Shown here in pieces: positions 53,180 through 64,000 of a stretch of 64,000 nt of DNA. The notes beneath the pieces are model-generated. The model saw only the letters and a program-made list of their open reading frames with translations. It did no database searches and was not told where the DNA came from. This DNA comes from Lama guanicoe (lineage: Eukaryota). A program made the position numbers and the translations under genes. Within the stretch, counting starts at the first letter, position 1, and each line of letters begins with the position of its first letter. The DNA lies in assembly GCA_013239625.1 (NCBI GenBank), contig MU054391.1:5849824-5913823 (forward strand). The letters run 5' to 3'.

Positions 53180-53345
53180 CTAGTGGAGTAGCTGTCAAAG
53201 CTTGGTCGCTGGACCAGTGGCGTCAACAACATGCAGGAACTTGTTAGAAATGCATCGGAGACCTACTGTGCCAGATGCTCTGGGGCAGACCCAGCAGACA
53301 CCAACTCTAGGGGATTCCGATGCCGCTCAAATGTGAGAACCCTAG
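53180..53345. mobile_element. MER5A-like hAT relic
   Basis: tcaaagcttggtc...ggaccag...ggaacttgttagaaatgca...gattccgatgccgctcaaatgtgagaacc. Confidence 0.65.
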
Positions 53346-54032
53346 ATGGGCTGCTCTCACAGCTTCTTCCCAGGCTGGTTCCAACCTATCAGGCACCTGC
53401 TGCCTATGCACAAAGGGGTGAGGTGTGTCGTCAACACTGAAACATCACCTCCATTCCCTGGGTGGCTCCCGGCCACTCATCCCTTAACACCGGCTCGGAG
53501 GACATCTCCTATGGAAACCGTCCCAGACGGCCCTCCCGCCTGTTCCACAGGCAGAGGTAGTCAGGTCCCCTCTGCTCCCCTTGCACCTGCACCTCCAGCA
53601 TGGCCTTGGTGTACAGCACATCCCTTGTGGTCTTTCCTGCCAAGTGGTGGGACCGAAAGGCAGGGCTGGTTCTGATCCCTACAAGGTCTCCTAGCAGCAA
53701 GCGCACAGCATGGCTCTCCTTCCCTGCTCCGCAGGCTGTCCTGCCTGGGCTCTCAAGATCCCACTAAGCACCCATCCCCTCAGATAATCCTCCAGGGGTC
53801 CACTCTACCCACAGCCCCACCCTGGAGCTTTCCTTTGGCAAATGTTGCAGGTTGGAGGACACACAGCCCCTCTACCCCGGGCCTGGGTACCTGACCCATA
53901 CACACAAGCTGGTTCTCCCTCTTGGGAGGTCTGACGACACAACACCCAGAGAGGTGGTGCTCTGGCCTGGGGACACACAGAGAGAAGGCAGAGCTCTGCA
54001 GTCACGAGGCAGCCGCAGCCACCAAGCAGAAG

Positions 54033-54035
<3 letters not shown>

Positions 54036-54085
<50 letters not shown>

Positions 54086-54100
54086 TGTGTGTGTGTGTGT
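54036..54100. repeat. (TG)n microsatellite, about 32 units with one interruption
   Basis: Read directly from the sequence. Confidence 0.97.
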
Positions 54101-55869
54101 AGGGGGAGGAGCTGACCGTCCCCTTTGTATCTGGTGAGAGCTGCCGATTCCCCCAACCCATCCACTCACAAGGACTCACATGTGCTTTTAAAGTGCCTGT
54201 TTTCCCAGAGGAGACAGCTGGGAGAAAGAATTACTGGACTTGGGTCTGAGAGATGGAGCCTGACTCCACCAGTGCCAGCCAGGGCTGCTTCCCTTTTCTA
54301 GTCCTCAGTTTCGGCCCCATTTTACAGATGAAGAAACTGAGGGAGTTAGTAGTGATGGATGCCCATGGTCAGGCTGGTGGATCCATCATCAAACAGGTGG
54401 GAGATTGATGGGTCAGTGATTCATGAACTGATCCACTAGTCAATCACTGATTAGGTCATTTAGTCAACCAGACTGCCAGTCAAGCAGCTAGTCAGTGCAC
54501 AGCACATCAGCCCTTGTGTGACTTCCAGCCAGTGAGCTCAGCCCCAGGCAAAAGAGAAAGGCAGGAAGGATGGGCTGGACCCAGACCTCACCAGCAGCCT
54601 ACTCTCCCCTCCCAAGTCAGCTCTTTCTGGCCCTCCCACCCACCCTGGCAGCAGTGCAGGCATGGAAGGCAGCCTCCAGACTCGATTTATTCCTCTCGGC
54701 TCCACAGCTGGGCTCTGGCCGAAGGCTGAAATATTCAGGGGTTGGCAAGGCCGGGGCCAGCCAGTCTGCAGCCCAGGGAGGGGATGCTGAGGGTCAGGAG
54801 AAAGGAAGAGCCCGCCCGCCTGCTGTGGGTCCTTGCCCCTTGGCAGCTGCCAGGCCCAGGGCAGAATGAAGTGGAGTCACGCAAACCATCTATTTCTGAC
54901 TAGGCCTTGAAATCAGCTCCTCCAAGTTCATCCTGGAAAGGGGACCAGCCCTTGCAGAGAACCATGGTTATCCGAGATGGAATGGATCTCCAAAAACATC
55001 TAGTCCAGAGATTCCCAGATTCGGGCATTTCACTGACCATAAAATTTCACAACAAGTTTGGGGATGCTGCCAGAGGATTGCTAACGTTTTGTTCTCACAA
55101 GTTCAAGTGTTATGTACTATCTCTGCTATCACCATCTCTTCCTAAAAGGCATGACATTCTAACCAGAAAAAATTAGGAGGATACAATCTCTGAATAAATG
55201 ATAGTCCTTAAACTGTACTTAACTATATGAAAAAAATGCATTCCTTGCCCCTTATTTTTCTCATTCATAATAAAACCATGAATACTTACTTGATCATAAT
55301 TCAGGACTGATTAGAACCACAGAGCTAATCCAGCTCCATTTTGCAGGTCAGAAACTGAGGCTCAAAGATGACAAAGATGCACAGGTGCCCAGCAGTTGAA
55401 TACTAGGAGCTAGGACACCAACCCATTTCCCTGTCCAGGGTCACTCTGACATCCTAACTTGGTCCTCAGTCCAGTGGGAAACCATCGTCACTTTCCCTGG
55501 CTGGACCTGTAACACATTTCTCCAAGTCTGTTCCAAACTGGTCCCATCTCCCCAGCATCCCTTCCCCAGCAGATGGCTCCCACATCACTTAGAAGGCAGA
55601 TCACACATAAACACCCTGGCCATCTCTCGCTCCATCCCAGAACCTTCCTGGCTCCTTCGTCACGTGCATGGCCCGCTTCCCTGTTCCGTGCTCCCCCAGC
55701 CCTCCCCTAGCACACACTCCCCAACCTCACTCCGCCACTGTCAGCCCTTCCATCTCTCTTCTGCTTCACTCAATTTTCTCCACCGTGCCCTTCCCTTCAG
55801 CATACGAACATAGTCAAGTTTCTGTAGTGTCATTTAAAATTCCTTCAGAGTTCACATAAACAGAAATCA

Positions 55870-56800
55870 TGATGGCTTTTAAATACAAGCAAAACTCTCA
55901 GGTAAATTCCATCAAAGAAATGCAATCTTATATGATGAGTGCTCATTTTTCCCACTTAGCTTGGCTGAGGTCAAAAATTCAAGAAGATCGAGCACCAGCG
56001 GAGAAAGAGGGGACTGGCTTTGCAGTTGATTGTTGATGGCGTACAGAGACACAAAAGCATGTTTGGAGGGCACTTTGACAATTTTCCTAAACAAAAAAAT
56101 GCACATGGCCACATATCAGAATTTTCATAGCAGTTTTATTCATAACAGCCCCAGACTGGAAATAATGATGTCCATGGACACAAGAATGGGCCAGTGCATG
56201 GTGCTGTATTTTACAGCAACGAGAATAAATGATCTCGAACTACATGCAAGTACATGGCAGTCCCCAAAGAGATAAACTACATGATTCTCTTTGTACAGGT
56301 TTCAGGACATGCAAAAGTATCTTGTGGTGTTAGAAGTCATGATAGGGACCATCCTGGGCAGGGTCAGGCAGGGGGCTTTTAGAATTCTGCTAATATTCTG
56401 TTTCTTGATCTCAGTAACACAAGTGTGTTTACCTTATGAAAATTCACTGAGTTGTACACCTAAGGTTTTGTACTTTCCTGTATCTAGGCTATATTTCAAT
56501 AAAATTTACCAAAAGGGAAAAAGAAATGTAAGAGCAGTCAACCCAGCAATTCCAATTTTAGGAGGTGATTCTGTAGTTAACTTTGCACGTGGGCACATGA
56601 TGCACAGATAGGATGTCCTGCAAACTGGAAATAGAAGAAACAGAGGTGATTTAGGCAGGAGTGGTTCAAGTATGGTATGTTCGTATAACGTAATAGTATT
56701 TAACCACAACAAAGAGCGAGGCTGATCTTTGCGTATCAAAGATACACAAAGTATCTTTGACGTGCAGTAGCCTCCAAGATGTGTCGTGAAATCAGCAAGC
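55870..56800 (+). mobile_element. Degenerate L1ME-type 3' fragments
   Basis: ttcatagcagttttattcataacagccccagactggaa...gaaaattcactgagttgtacacctaag...ctatatttcaataaaa; acccagcaattccaattttagg. Confidence 0.6.
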
Positions 56801-57117
56801 AACATTCAGAAGGTGCACAGATCACGATCCTTTGCATGTAAGTATTTTTGCATATACACAGACTCTCTGGCAGGACCCAAGAGAAAGTGGTGGCAGTTTA
56901 GCTGGTGGCATTATGCTCTACTTTATACAGTTCTCTGGGTCCATGCCCAGTGTGCCTGCTGGACCGCACTTGGCCTGAGGGTCTGTGGGGCCTGGTGCCG
57001 ATGAGGGCTCCGTGATGTCTCTGAGTAAATGACTTGTAATTGACTCCAATTTATAAACATGTCAATATCCCAATGACTATAGGCAGGTCCAGTATCTGGC
57101 TATGGCAGCAACCACCT

Positions 57118-57118
<1 letters not shown>

Positions 57119-57149
<31 letters not shown>
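57119..57149. repeat. (GT)n microsatellite, about 15 units
   Basis: Read directly from the sequence. Confidence 0.97.
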
Positions 57150-57151
<2 letters not shown>

Positions 57152-57699
57152 GAAAGGCTGCATGGAGAGGTGGTATCTGGGTAGAGGTGGGGGACAAGGG
57201 AGGAGGAACCAGCATAAGCAAAGACTTACATGTCTGTCTGTCTGTCACATGGACTAGAAATAGGAAGGAGAGGACCTATGCCTGGAGAACCTGGAGCCAG
57301 GCTGCTGCCCAAGTTTCCAGGTGCTGTCCAGGGAGCAGAAGCTGAGCCAGAGGAGAGAGAAGCTTGTGCTCCAGACTCCTGGAGAGTTGCTGCCACCTCC
57401 TACTCCACAGACACGGCTGGTCACGTGGCTTGGCTACACTGGCAGAGCTGGGATTTGGATCCAGGTCTAACTCCAAAGACCTGCACTAAGCATTCTGCTG
57501 AGTCGTCCTACTGTTTGGGGGTCAGGAAGGGCTTTACTGAGAAGTCACAATGCAGTCTTACAGAGTAAAAGTGGAGAAGGGTTGGGGTGTTCCAGACAAA
57601 AGAAACATCACATACAAAGCAAAAGATGGTGACTCTGACATGATGTTGGGGGGCACAGGGTTTGGCACTGGGACAACAGTGTTAGAAGGGAAAGGGATT

Positions 57700-58400
57700 T
57701 GGGGAACTGGTCGGAATGACGCAAGAAGTGCTGGCTAGGGGCTGGTTCTGCAGAGCCGTGCATTCCTGCCTAAGGAGTAAGTTTCAGTCTGTGGCTGTTC
57801 GGATTCCAAACTGAGGGTTTGAGTACAGGTTTGGTACCGTCCCTACTTCTAGAAGATGATTCTGGCAGTGAGCTGAGGGGCACTGTGCAGGTGATGAAGC
57901 TAGAGGTAAGCAGACCCATTGGGAGGCAGCAAAATAATTCAGGTGAGAGAAGAGAGTGGCTTGGACCAGAGCAAGAGTGGGTGATGGAGAGAAGTGAATA
58001 GTTTGAGAGAGATTTAGGAAGATGAAGAGCACTAAGTCATTGACAGAGGGAGGCAAGGGCAGGAGGGAAGGGCCAAAGGTGACTCTTAGATTTCTGGATG
58101 AAGGAAAAGGGTATCTGGTGGTACCCTTCCCGAAGTTTGGGGAAAATTCATAGTTGGGTAGAATGGAAGTTCAGTTTCAAGGACACTGAATTACAAATGT
58201 CTGCAGAATGTCCAAATGGGGAGGGCAGTTAGGAGTTGGTCTTCATTCACTTATTCAACCACTGGTTACCATGTGGCTGCAGTGAGCCGGGCACTGGGGT
58301 TTCACAGTGAATTAGGCAAGGTCTCTAACCTTGGGAAGGTTCCCTCTGGTGGGGAGACAATTAACAAATTACTAACGAAACAAAAGTTATAGGCTTTGAA
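57700..58400 (-). mobile_element. L2 LINE fragments
   Basis: gtggcttggaccag...gatggagagaagtg...gactcttagatttctgg; L2 tail cattcacttattcaacc...gccgggcactgggg. Confidence 0.55.
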
Positions 58401-59299
58401 AGGTGCTGGGAAGGATGTGAGTTAGATGAAATGGAAAGAAGCTGGAGGTCAGCTTACGCTCCCTCTGCCCAAGCAGAGAAGGCTGGTGAGGAAGAAGCTG
58501 GCCAGAGCCCTGGGCCCCACCTGCTTCCCTATCAGTATGAACGTGGAGGGCCTGGTGCTTTCATGGCCTGTTTCCTTACCTGTTCTCTTGCTCAGAGCAC
58601 AGTCCCCACAGCGCGGGGATCCTCTACTCTCACCTGCCCCTAGCTTGTAGGACCGAGGATTCCTCACTGTGGCCTCTGCACCTTGTTCTATGCCAACCCA
58701 TATCTAAGCTCAGCAAATGTGGGCCACATGGGTGGATGAAAGGCTGCGCCAAGCCGCGCTGCAGGCTGTGGGGGTACAAATAAACACAGGCTGCTCTTCA
58801 AGAACTTAGAGCTGCAGAAATGCATAAACCACACCCAGAGACACAGGCAGCCAAAGTACAGCGGGGCAGGGGTAAGTTGCCCTGGACATCTCTCTCATTC
58901 AGGCCTGAGGACTTCCCAGAGAGGGTGACACTTACACCTGGCCTAGAAAAATGGGCAGGTTTCACCAGGTGCTTTTCAGGCGGTCACTTGTTTTGCCCCT
59001 AACCCTCCATCCCCACCGAACTGTGGGGAAACTGCAGCCCAGAGCTGCCTGGAGGGGGCCGTCAGCGGCAGACAGGCCGAGAAGCTCGGGCTCTAAGTGC
59101 CTGGAGGAAGGAGCGGATGCAGGAATGTCACCTGGGGCTAGCCAGCTTTCAAAAGTCTTCCAGATCAGGGATGCTCTCCTAAGAGCGATGGTAGATTAAA
59201 CAAGAAAGCAGAATCAGGGTTGAGGCTTCCAGGTGAGCCGCCTCTACTGGACAGATTCACTCCCTGGGGACCTGCACTCCGGCAAGCAGCGGGTGGTGG

Positions 59300-60700
59300 C
59301 CCCTTAAAGCGCAGCCCCCCTCCCCAGCCAGTCCAGTAGACTTGGGGACTTCCCCGGCCGCATCTGCACGGTCCCTCCACCCAACCGCTCCCGCTGCAGC
59401 AGCCGCTGCAGGAGCCGCCGCCGAGCCGCTGCCGCCGCCAGGACCTTTCCCCTACTTTCCAGGGCCTCAGGCTCCGCCCCCTCGCCGCTACCAAAACACG
59501 TGCCGCATCCCGCCCTGCCCGATCACGCCGCGGCCAGGCTCTGATCACGCGGCTCTCCGCGGCGCCCATTGGCCGGGGGTGCCCAGGCCTGTCGCGGATT
59601 GGCTGGCGGCCGCCCAGACCCGCCCCGGCGGGGCGCGGTGTATTTTGGTTTGCCTCTGCGCCCCGCCCCTGCGGCCGCTCCCTCCACAGCCGCCCCGCCC
59701 CGCCCGCGCCGCGCGGGCCGGGCCGGGGCAGAGCCGACTCCGGGTCGCCGCCGCCCGCAGCGCACGTGCGGCAGCTGCCGTGCACTAAGCTCCCGCCCGT
59801 GGCGGCTTTGTTGCCTCCGGGCCGCCGGCACCATGCACACGCCAGGCTCCGCGGGCCCGGGCGACGCGCGCGCGGTGAGTGGCCGCCCATCGGAGCGAGG
59901 GGAGAGGCGGGGACGCGCCGCCTGTGCGGACCCAGGGTGCGGAGGAGAGAGGCAGCGCGCGGGGCCTCGCCGCACCCGCACCGTTAGGAACCCAGGCGGG
60001 TTCGGGAGCCGAGAGGGGCGGTGGCTGCGTGAGGCCGCGCTGGGAGGGGCGCGGAGGGGGCGTGTGCCTCGCGCCGCCCTACGCGCAGCTTTGTCTGGCG
60101 TTCCCGCAGCGGCCCCGCCCCGCGGGCTCCAGGTGCGGGGTTATTTCCAGCCATGACGTCACCAGGCCCTGTGCGGAGGCGGCCATTGGGCGGGGCGCGG
60201 CTGGCGGGAACGCGGCACGCGGGCGGCGGGGGCGGGGCAAAGGCGGAGGGGCAAGGACTGTGGGAACGCGGCGCGCGTCAGCGGAGAGCTAGGGGGTGGG
60301 GCAAAAGCTGACGGGAAGGTGAAGGGCGTGGAGGGGGCTGTGGGAACGCAGCGCGGGGGCGGGGCGAGGGGCGGAGCAAAAGCTAGCGGGAACGCGGGGC
60401 GGGGCAAAAGCTGGCGGGAAGACTGCACGCGGTGGGCGGAGTGGGACGCCTCCACCCGGCTGGCTCCAGTACGGGCCTCAGAGCGGCGGGAAGTTCTCTG
60501 GCTGGACCTGGGACCTGGGACCTGGGACCTGGTTGTCGAGCCACTGGACGGCTGAGGGGCTGAAAGGACTGGGAGCCCCGCGCTGCCGCGTCCCTCCCCC
60601 GCTGTGGGGTGGAGCAGGCGGCAGCCCATGTCTGTGACTTCACAGTTCTTTTCGAGGCCGGGCTGCGGGCAGAAGCGGGGCCAGAGTGGCATTTGTAAAG
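59300..60700. promoter_or_regulatory. KLF11: CpG island / KLF11 promoter
   Basis: Very high GC and CpG density; several GC boxes (CCGCCC/GGGCGG); reverse CCAAT boxes ATTGG 59568-59572 and 59598-59602; E-boxes CACGTG 59497-59502 and 59763-59768; no obvious TATA box. Confidence 0.92.
59833..59874 (+). CDS. KLF11: KLF11 exon 1 coding part
   Basis: gcaccATG; encodes MHTPGSAGPGDARA (human MHTPDFAGPDDARA, recalled); donor GCG|gtgagt. Confidence 0.93.
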
Positions 60701-61529
60701 GTGGTGGCCTTACCTGTGTGCCCTGGGGGTAACCTGGGTAAGTCAGGTTGGATGCTTAAACAAACTGAGTGTAAGTATGTATCTTCATAGATGTAAAGTT
60801 TCTCTGGAAAGAGATCAGCTAGTTCTAGTCGCTTCCCATCTCCCTCGCGCTTAAGAAGAGACAAGGGTCCTGCGCCGGGAAGCCCTCGGGTCCAGGACTT
60901 GTGGCGAGATCTTACAGTTTCTTCCTCTCCCCGTGCTGTCCTGGTGGCCTTGACTGACTTGGTGCTCCTGGGTGTGGGGACCGGGGCTGAACCAGCGCGG
61001 GCTCTACCTCCTGGAGCTCTGCTGAGGGATGCCCTGACTGATATGGATGCTCCAGAGTTGCCGCAAATGCATCTTGAGGGACACTCCGGTGGCTTCACGA
61101 CTCTGAAGGGCCGCTCTCTCATCTCGCCCAACCTCAGCCTGAGCCATCAGTATCGTTCCTCCTCCCCAGGGCCCGTTTGGCACTAGCCAGTTTGGTTCAC
61201 GCCTCAGGAAACAAGTCTTATTAATCATTTCCCGAAGAAAAACATAAACTTGATAACCTTTGTTACGAATCAGAGTTTTCTGTGGAAGCCGCTGGCCGGC
61301 CGACTGCATCCCAACTCCTTCCCTCCACAGAAAGCTGGCTTCAGAGCCAAGTGGACCTCCGTGCTCCGCAGGCTTCCTTCCCTAGAAGCCAGAGCGCGTG
61401 CGCAAGCGGCTGGAGGCGGGCAGTGCGGGCGTGCGCGGGGCAGGCTGCTGGTGTGCGTGCCCGCGTGTCCGTCAGGGTTCCTTGTCTGTTTCCCGGGGCT
61501 GAGAAGCTGCTGTGTTGTGTCTCCTTTAG

Positions 61530-61799
61530 GTTGACATCATGGACATATGTGAGTCAATCCTGGAGAGGAAGCGGCATGACAGTGAGAGGTCTACATGCAG
61601 CATCTTGGAGCAGAACGACATGGAAGCTGTCGAAGCTCTTGTTTGCATGAGCTCCTGGGGTCAGAGAGCCCAGAAAGGGGACCTTTTAAAGATAAGACCC
61701 CTCACACCTGTCTCTGATTCTGGGGATGTCACCACCACTGTGCACATAGACGCAGCTGCACCTGAGCTACCAAAGGACTTCCATTCCTTATCAACTTTG
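61530..61799 (+). CDS. KLF11: KLF11 exon 2, includes the Sin3-interaction domain (R1)
   Basis: ctttag|GTTGAC...ACTTTG|gtaagg; 270 nt encoding [60 protein letters not shown]...KDFHSLSTL. Confidence 0.98.
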
Positions 61800-63038
61800 G
61801 TAAGGGGTGGGGAGAGGAGTGGGTTTTGTGCTAGAGTACCTTCAATAAATGTGCTGAAGAATTCCTGGGTGGATTCCCTGGGATGCTGGCAAGCAGGTTC
61901 ATACTCTCCCCCGTGTGGGTCCTAAGGATGAAAACATGTCTTGAAAATGTGCTTTCCCATTGATAGATGCAGCCACAGGATTAAAATATCCATAGGCTGA
62001 AACTTACAGATTGATTCCAGAAAGCAAAATATACTCATTTCCCTGGGGAGCTTAGGGTGAGGGCTTAGGTACCCCAGTCCAGGATCAGACCTGTGGGTAG
62101 CAGCTGGAGAAGGCCTATACTTTGGCACCTGACAGCCTTCATTAGCTGGGTTGAAATCCTGGCCTCTCTGCCTCCCTGTGGTGGCCAACTTCTTTCTTGT
62201 GTGAGTTTGGTGCAGTCAAGCACTGTTTTTTTGTTTTTGTTTTCTTAACTTGCTATAGCTATGAAGTTACTGGGAGAAATTGCTTCTCAGCTTGGAGAAG
62301 TTGAAAGCTGTAAATTGTTAACTAAACTGAAAGCTATAATCTAATTGTCCTGGGCTGGAAGCTTGCACTGGAAGGAGAGTTTGGAAAACTGACTTGGAGA
62401 GGGATGAGAAGGGACTTGTGGGCAGTGGAGAGGGTTGTCCAAGTAGTAATCCTGGCTGCCGGGAGCACCTCTCAGAGTTTCTTTGCATTGAGCTCTTCTG
62501 TGGGGAGGCCCAAAGTAAGTGAAAGTTGCTGGGGGTGGGGTGCAAAGAGAGGCTTGGTTTAGGTAGAACCCCTGGTTAGAGCATGGCCTTTCAGGGATCA
62601 TTCTGATAGATTTTATCTTGCATCCAGTAGGAACTGGATGTGTGTGATTGGGTAAATATGTGTTAAATTTTAAAAAGTTTTTGAGACTCTAAAATTATTG
62701 TGTAGAGCTCTCATTTTTAATATGAATTTGTTTTCTCATTTGTCATCCTAATACTTGAAATTGCTCCTTTCAGTAGCTGTGCAAGCCCAGGAACAGCACT
62801 GACATCCTTATGACCGAGCAGATGGGTCAGTTTGGGAGAGGCTGGGAAGGAGGGAGAAAGCAAGAAAATAAAGTACCTCATGCCTCCTTTACAGCCACTG
62901 GTTGCTCTTGTGAGCAGACTTCAAACAGTCTTTTCTAGATACTTCTTTGTGAAGCCTTTGGGGGCAACATGATCAAAGTAAGTTCCTTAAAATTTAACCA
63001 AAACAACCTTTTCACACAGTACTTTTTTTTTTTTTAAG

Positions 63039-64000
63039 TGCATGACTCCTCCTCAGAGTCCTGACCTCGTGGAGCCATCGACAGGAACACTTGTTCCTTC
63101 CCAAGTAACTGATTCCAAAGCACCCGTGGTCGTGGCCATCCCCCCAGCCTCTACTGGGGCAGCCAGAGTGCTGAGCAGGAGGGCAGAGAGGGGCCTGCCT
63201 GGTATGAAGCCAGAGCTGCTGGAGCCAGCTGCCAGCTCTCACTGCAGGGCCATGGTGACAAGTGTCATTTGCCACACTGGGGGGAGTCCTTCTCCTGCCC
63301 ACGTTCCTACCACCCAGACTCAAGAATACCAACTTTCAGCCAACAGAGAAGTAGAAGCACAGATTCCAAGATGTACTGAAGCTTTGCAGGACACACACCT
63401 CACAGACAGTTTGCTCAAAGTTAACTCAGTGTCTTGTCAGCCTTGCTCATACAAGTCTGGTGGCCTGATCCCTGCTGATAAAGGCCAGCAGGAGGTAGGG
63501 TGGCCTGTTGCAATTCAGTCCTGCTCACCAAAGAATTATGAAAATGACTTGCCAAGGAAAGCCACCCCTCTGATTTCTGTCCCCATTCCTAGTCCCCCTG
63601 TCCTTTGCCAAATGATCCCTGTGACTGGACAAAGTGGCATGTTACCAGCTTTTTTGAAGTCACCCCCCCAAGTGTCTGCAGGGACTGTCAAACCCATCTT
63701 ACCCCACGCTGCTCCAGTGCCCCAGCCTGTGTTTGTGGGACCATCTGTGCCTCAGGGAACTGTGATGCTGGTTCTGCCCCAGGGGGCCCTCCCCCAGCCT
63801 GCCACGTGTTCATCGAGTGTAATGGCTGTTGGAAATACCAAGTTCTTGCCCCTTGCCCCTGCTCCAGTGTTCATTGCATCCAGTCAAAACTGTGCCCCTC
63901 AGGTAGACTTTTCCCGAAGGAGGAACTATGTTTGCAACTTCCCAGGCTGCCGGAAGACCTACTTCAAAAGTTCCCACCTCAAGGCTCATCTCCGCACTCA
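63039..64000 (+). CDS. KLF11: KLF11 exon 3 (R2, R3, first C2H2 zinc finger), runs off the window end
   Basis: tttttaag|TGCATGACTCCTCCTCAG; open frame [15 protein letters not shown]...[32 protein letters not shown]; absent from the ORF track, probably because no stop codon lies in the window. Confidence 0.97.

Noticed and set aside
59165..60692. Several long ORFs on both strands across the KLF11 CpG island (241, 195, 177, 152 aa)
   Set aside because: Stop-poor GC-rich sequence; only 59833-59874 matches KLF11. The in-frame upstream extension starts at a TTG within promoter elements, probably upstream of the TSS
63039..64000. Possible frameshift or pseudogenisation of KLF11 exon 3, since it is absent from the ORF track
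   Set aside because: Manual translation is open through the zinc finger; it is probably missing because the window ends before a stop codon

Overview
Mammalian genomic DNA, not prokaryotic. The window holds the 3' half of GRHL1 (grainyhead-like 1) on the + strand: 8 coding exons from 10934 to the stop at 26564, then a 3'UTR to about 28.2 kb. Bases 1-10933 are a long upstream GRHL1 intron. About 31 kb of repeat-rich intergenic DNA follows (old L1M/L2/MIR/MLT/MER relics, microsatellites). The window ends with the CpG-island promoter and exons 1-3 of KLF11 (TIEG2, + strand), cut off inside zinc finger 1. The GRHL1->KLF11 order matches known mammalian synteny. I saw no Alu, B1/B2, Bov-tA/BovB, PRE or SINEC elements. 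One young L1-type insertion resembles camelid L1 3' ends, so a camelid genome is my inference. I found no evidence of a new multi-gene system, and almost all ORF-track entries are chance ORFs. The best second-look items are: tandem GC/GT splice donors toggling 12 aa in GRHL1; an Arg->Cys change in the KLF11 R2 repression motif; a young TSD-flanked L1 insertion; a tiny TSD-flanked poly(A) scar; a perfect 24-bp palindrome; and a GGGAA-motif repeat array in KLF11 intron 1. Repeat family names and human comparisons are from recall, not from database searches.
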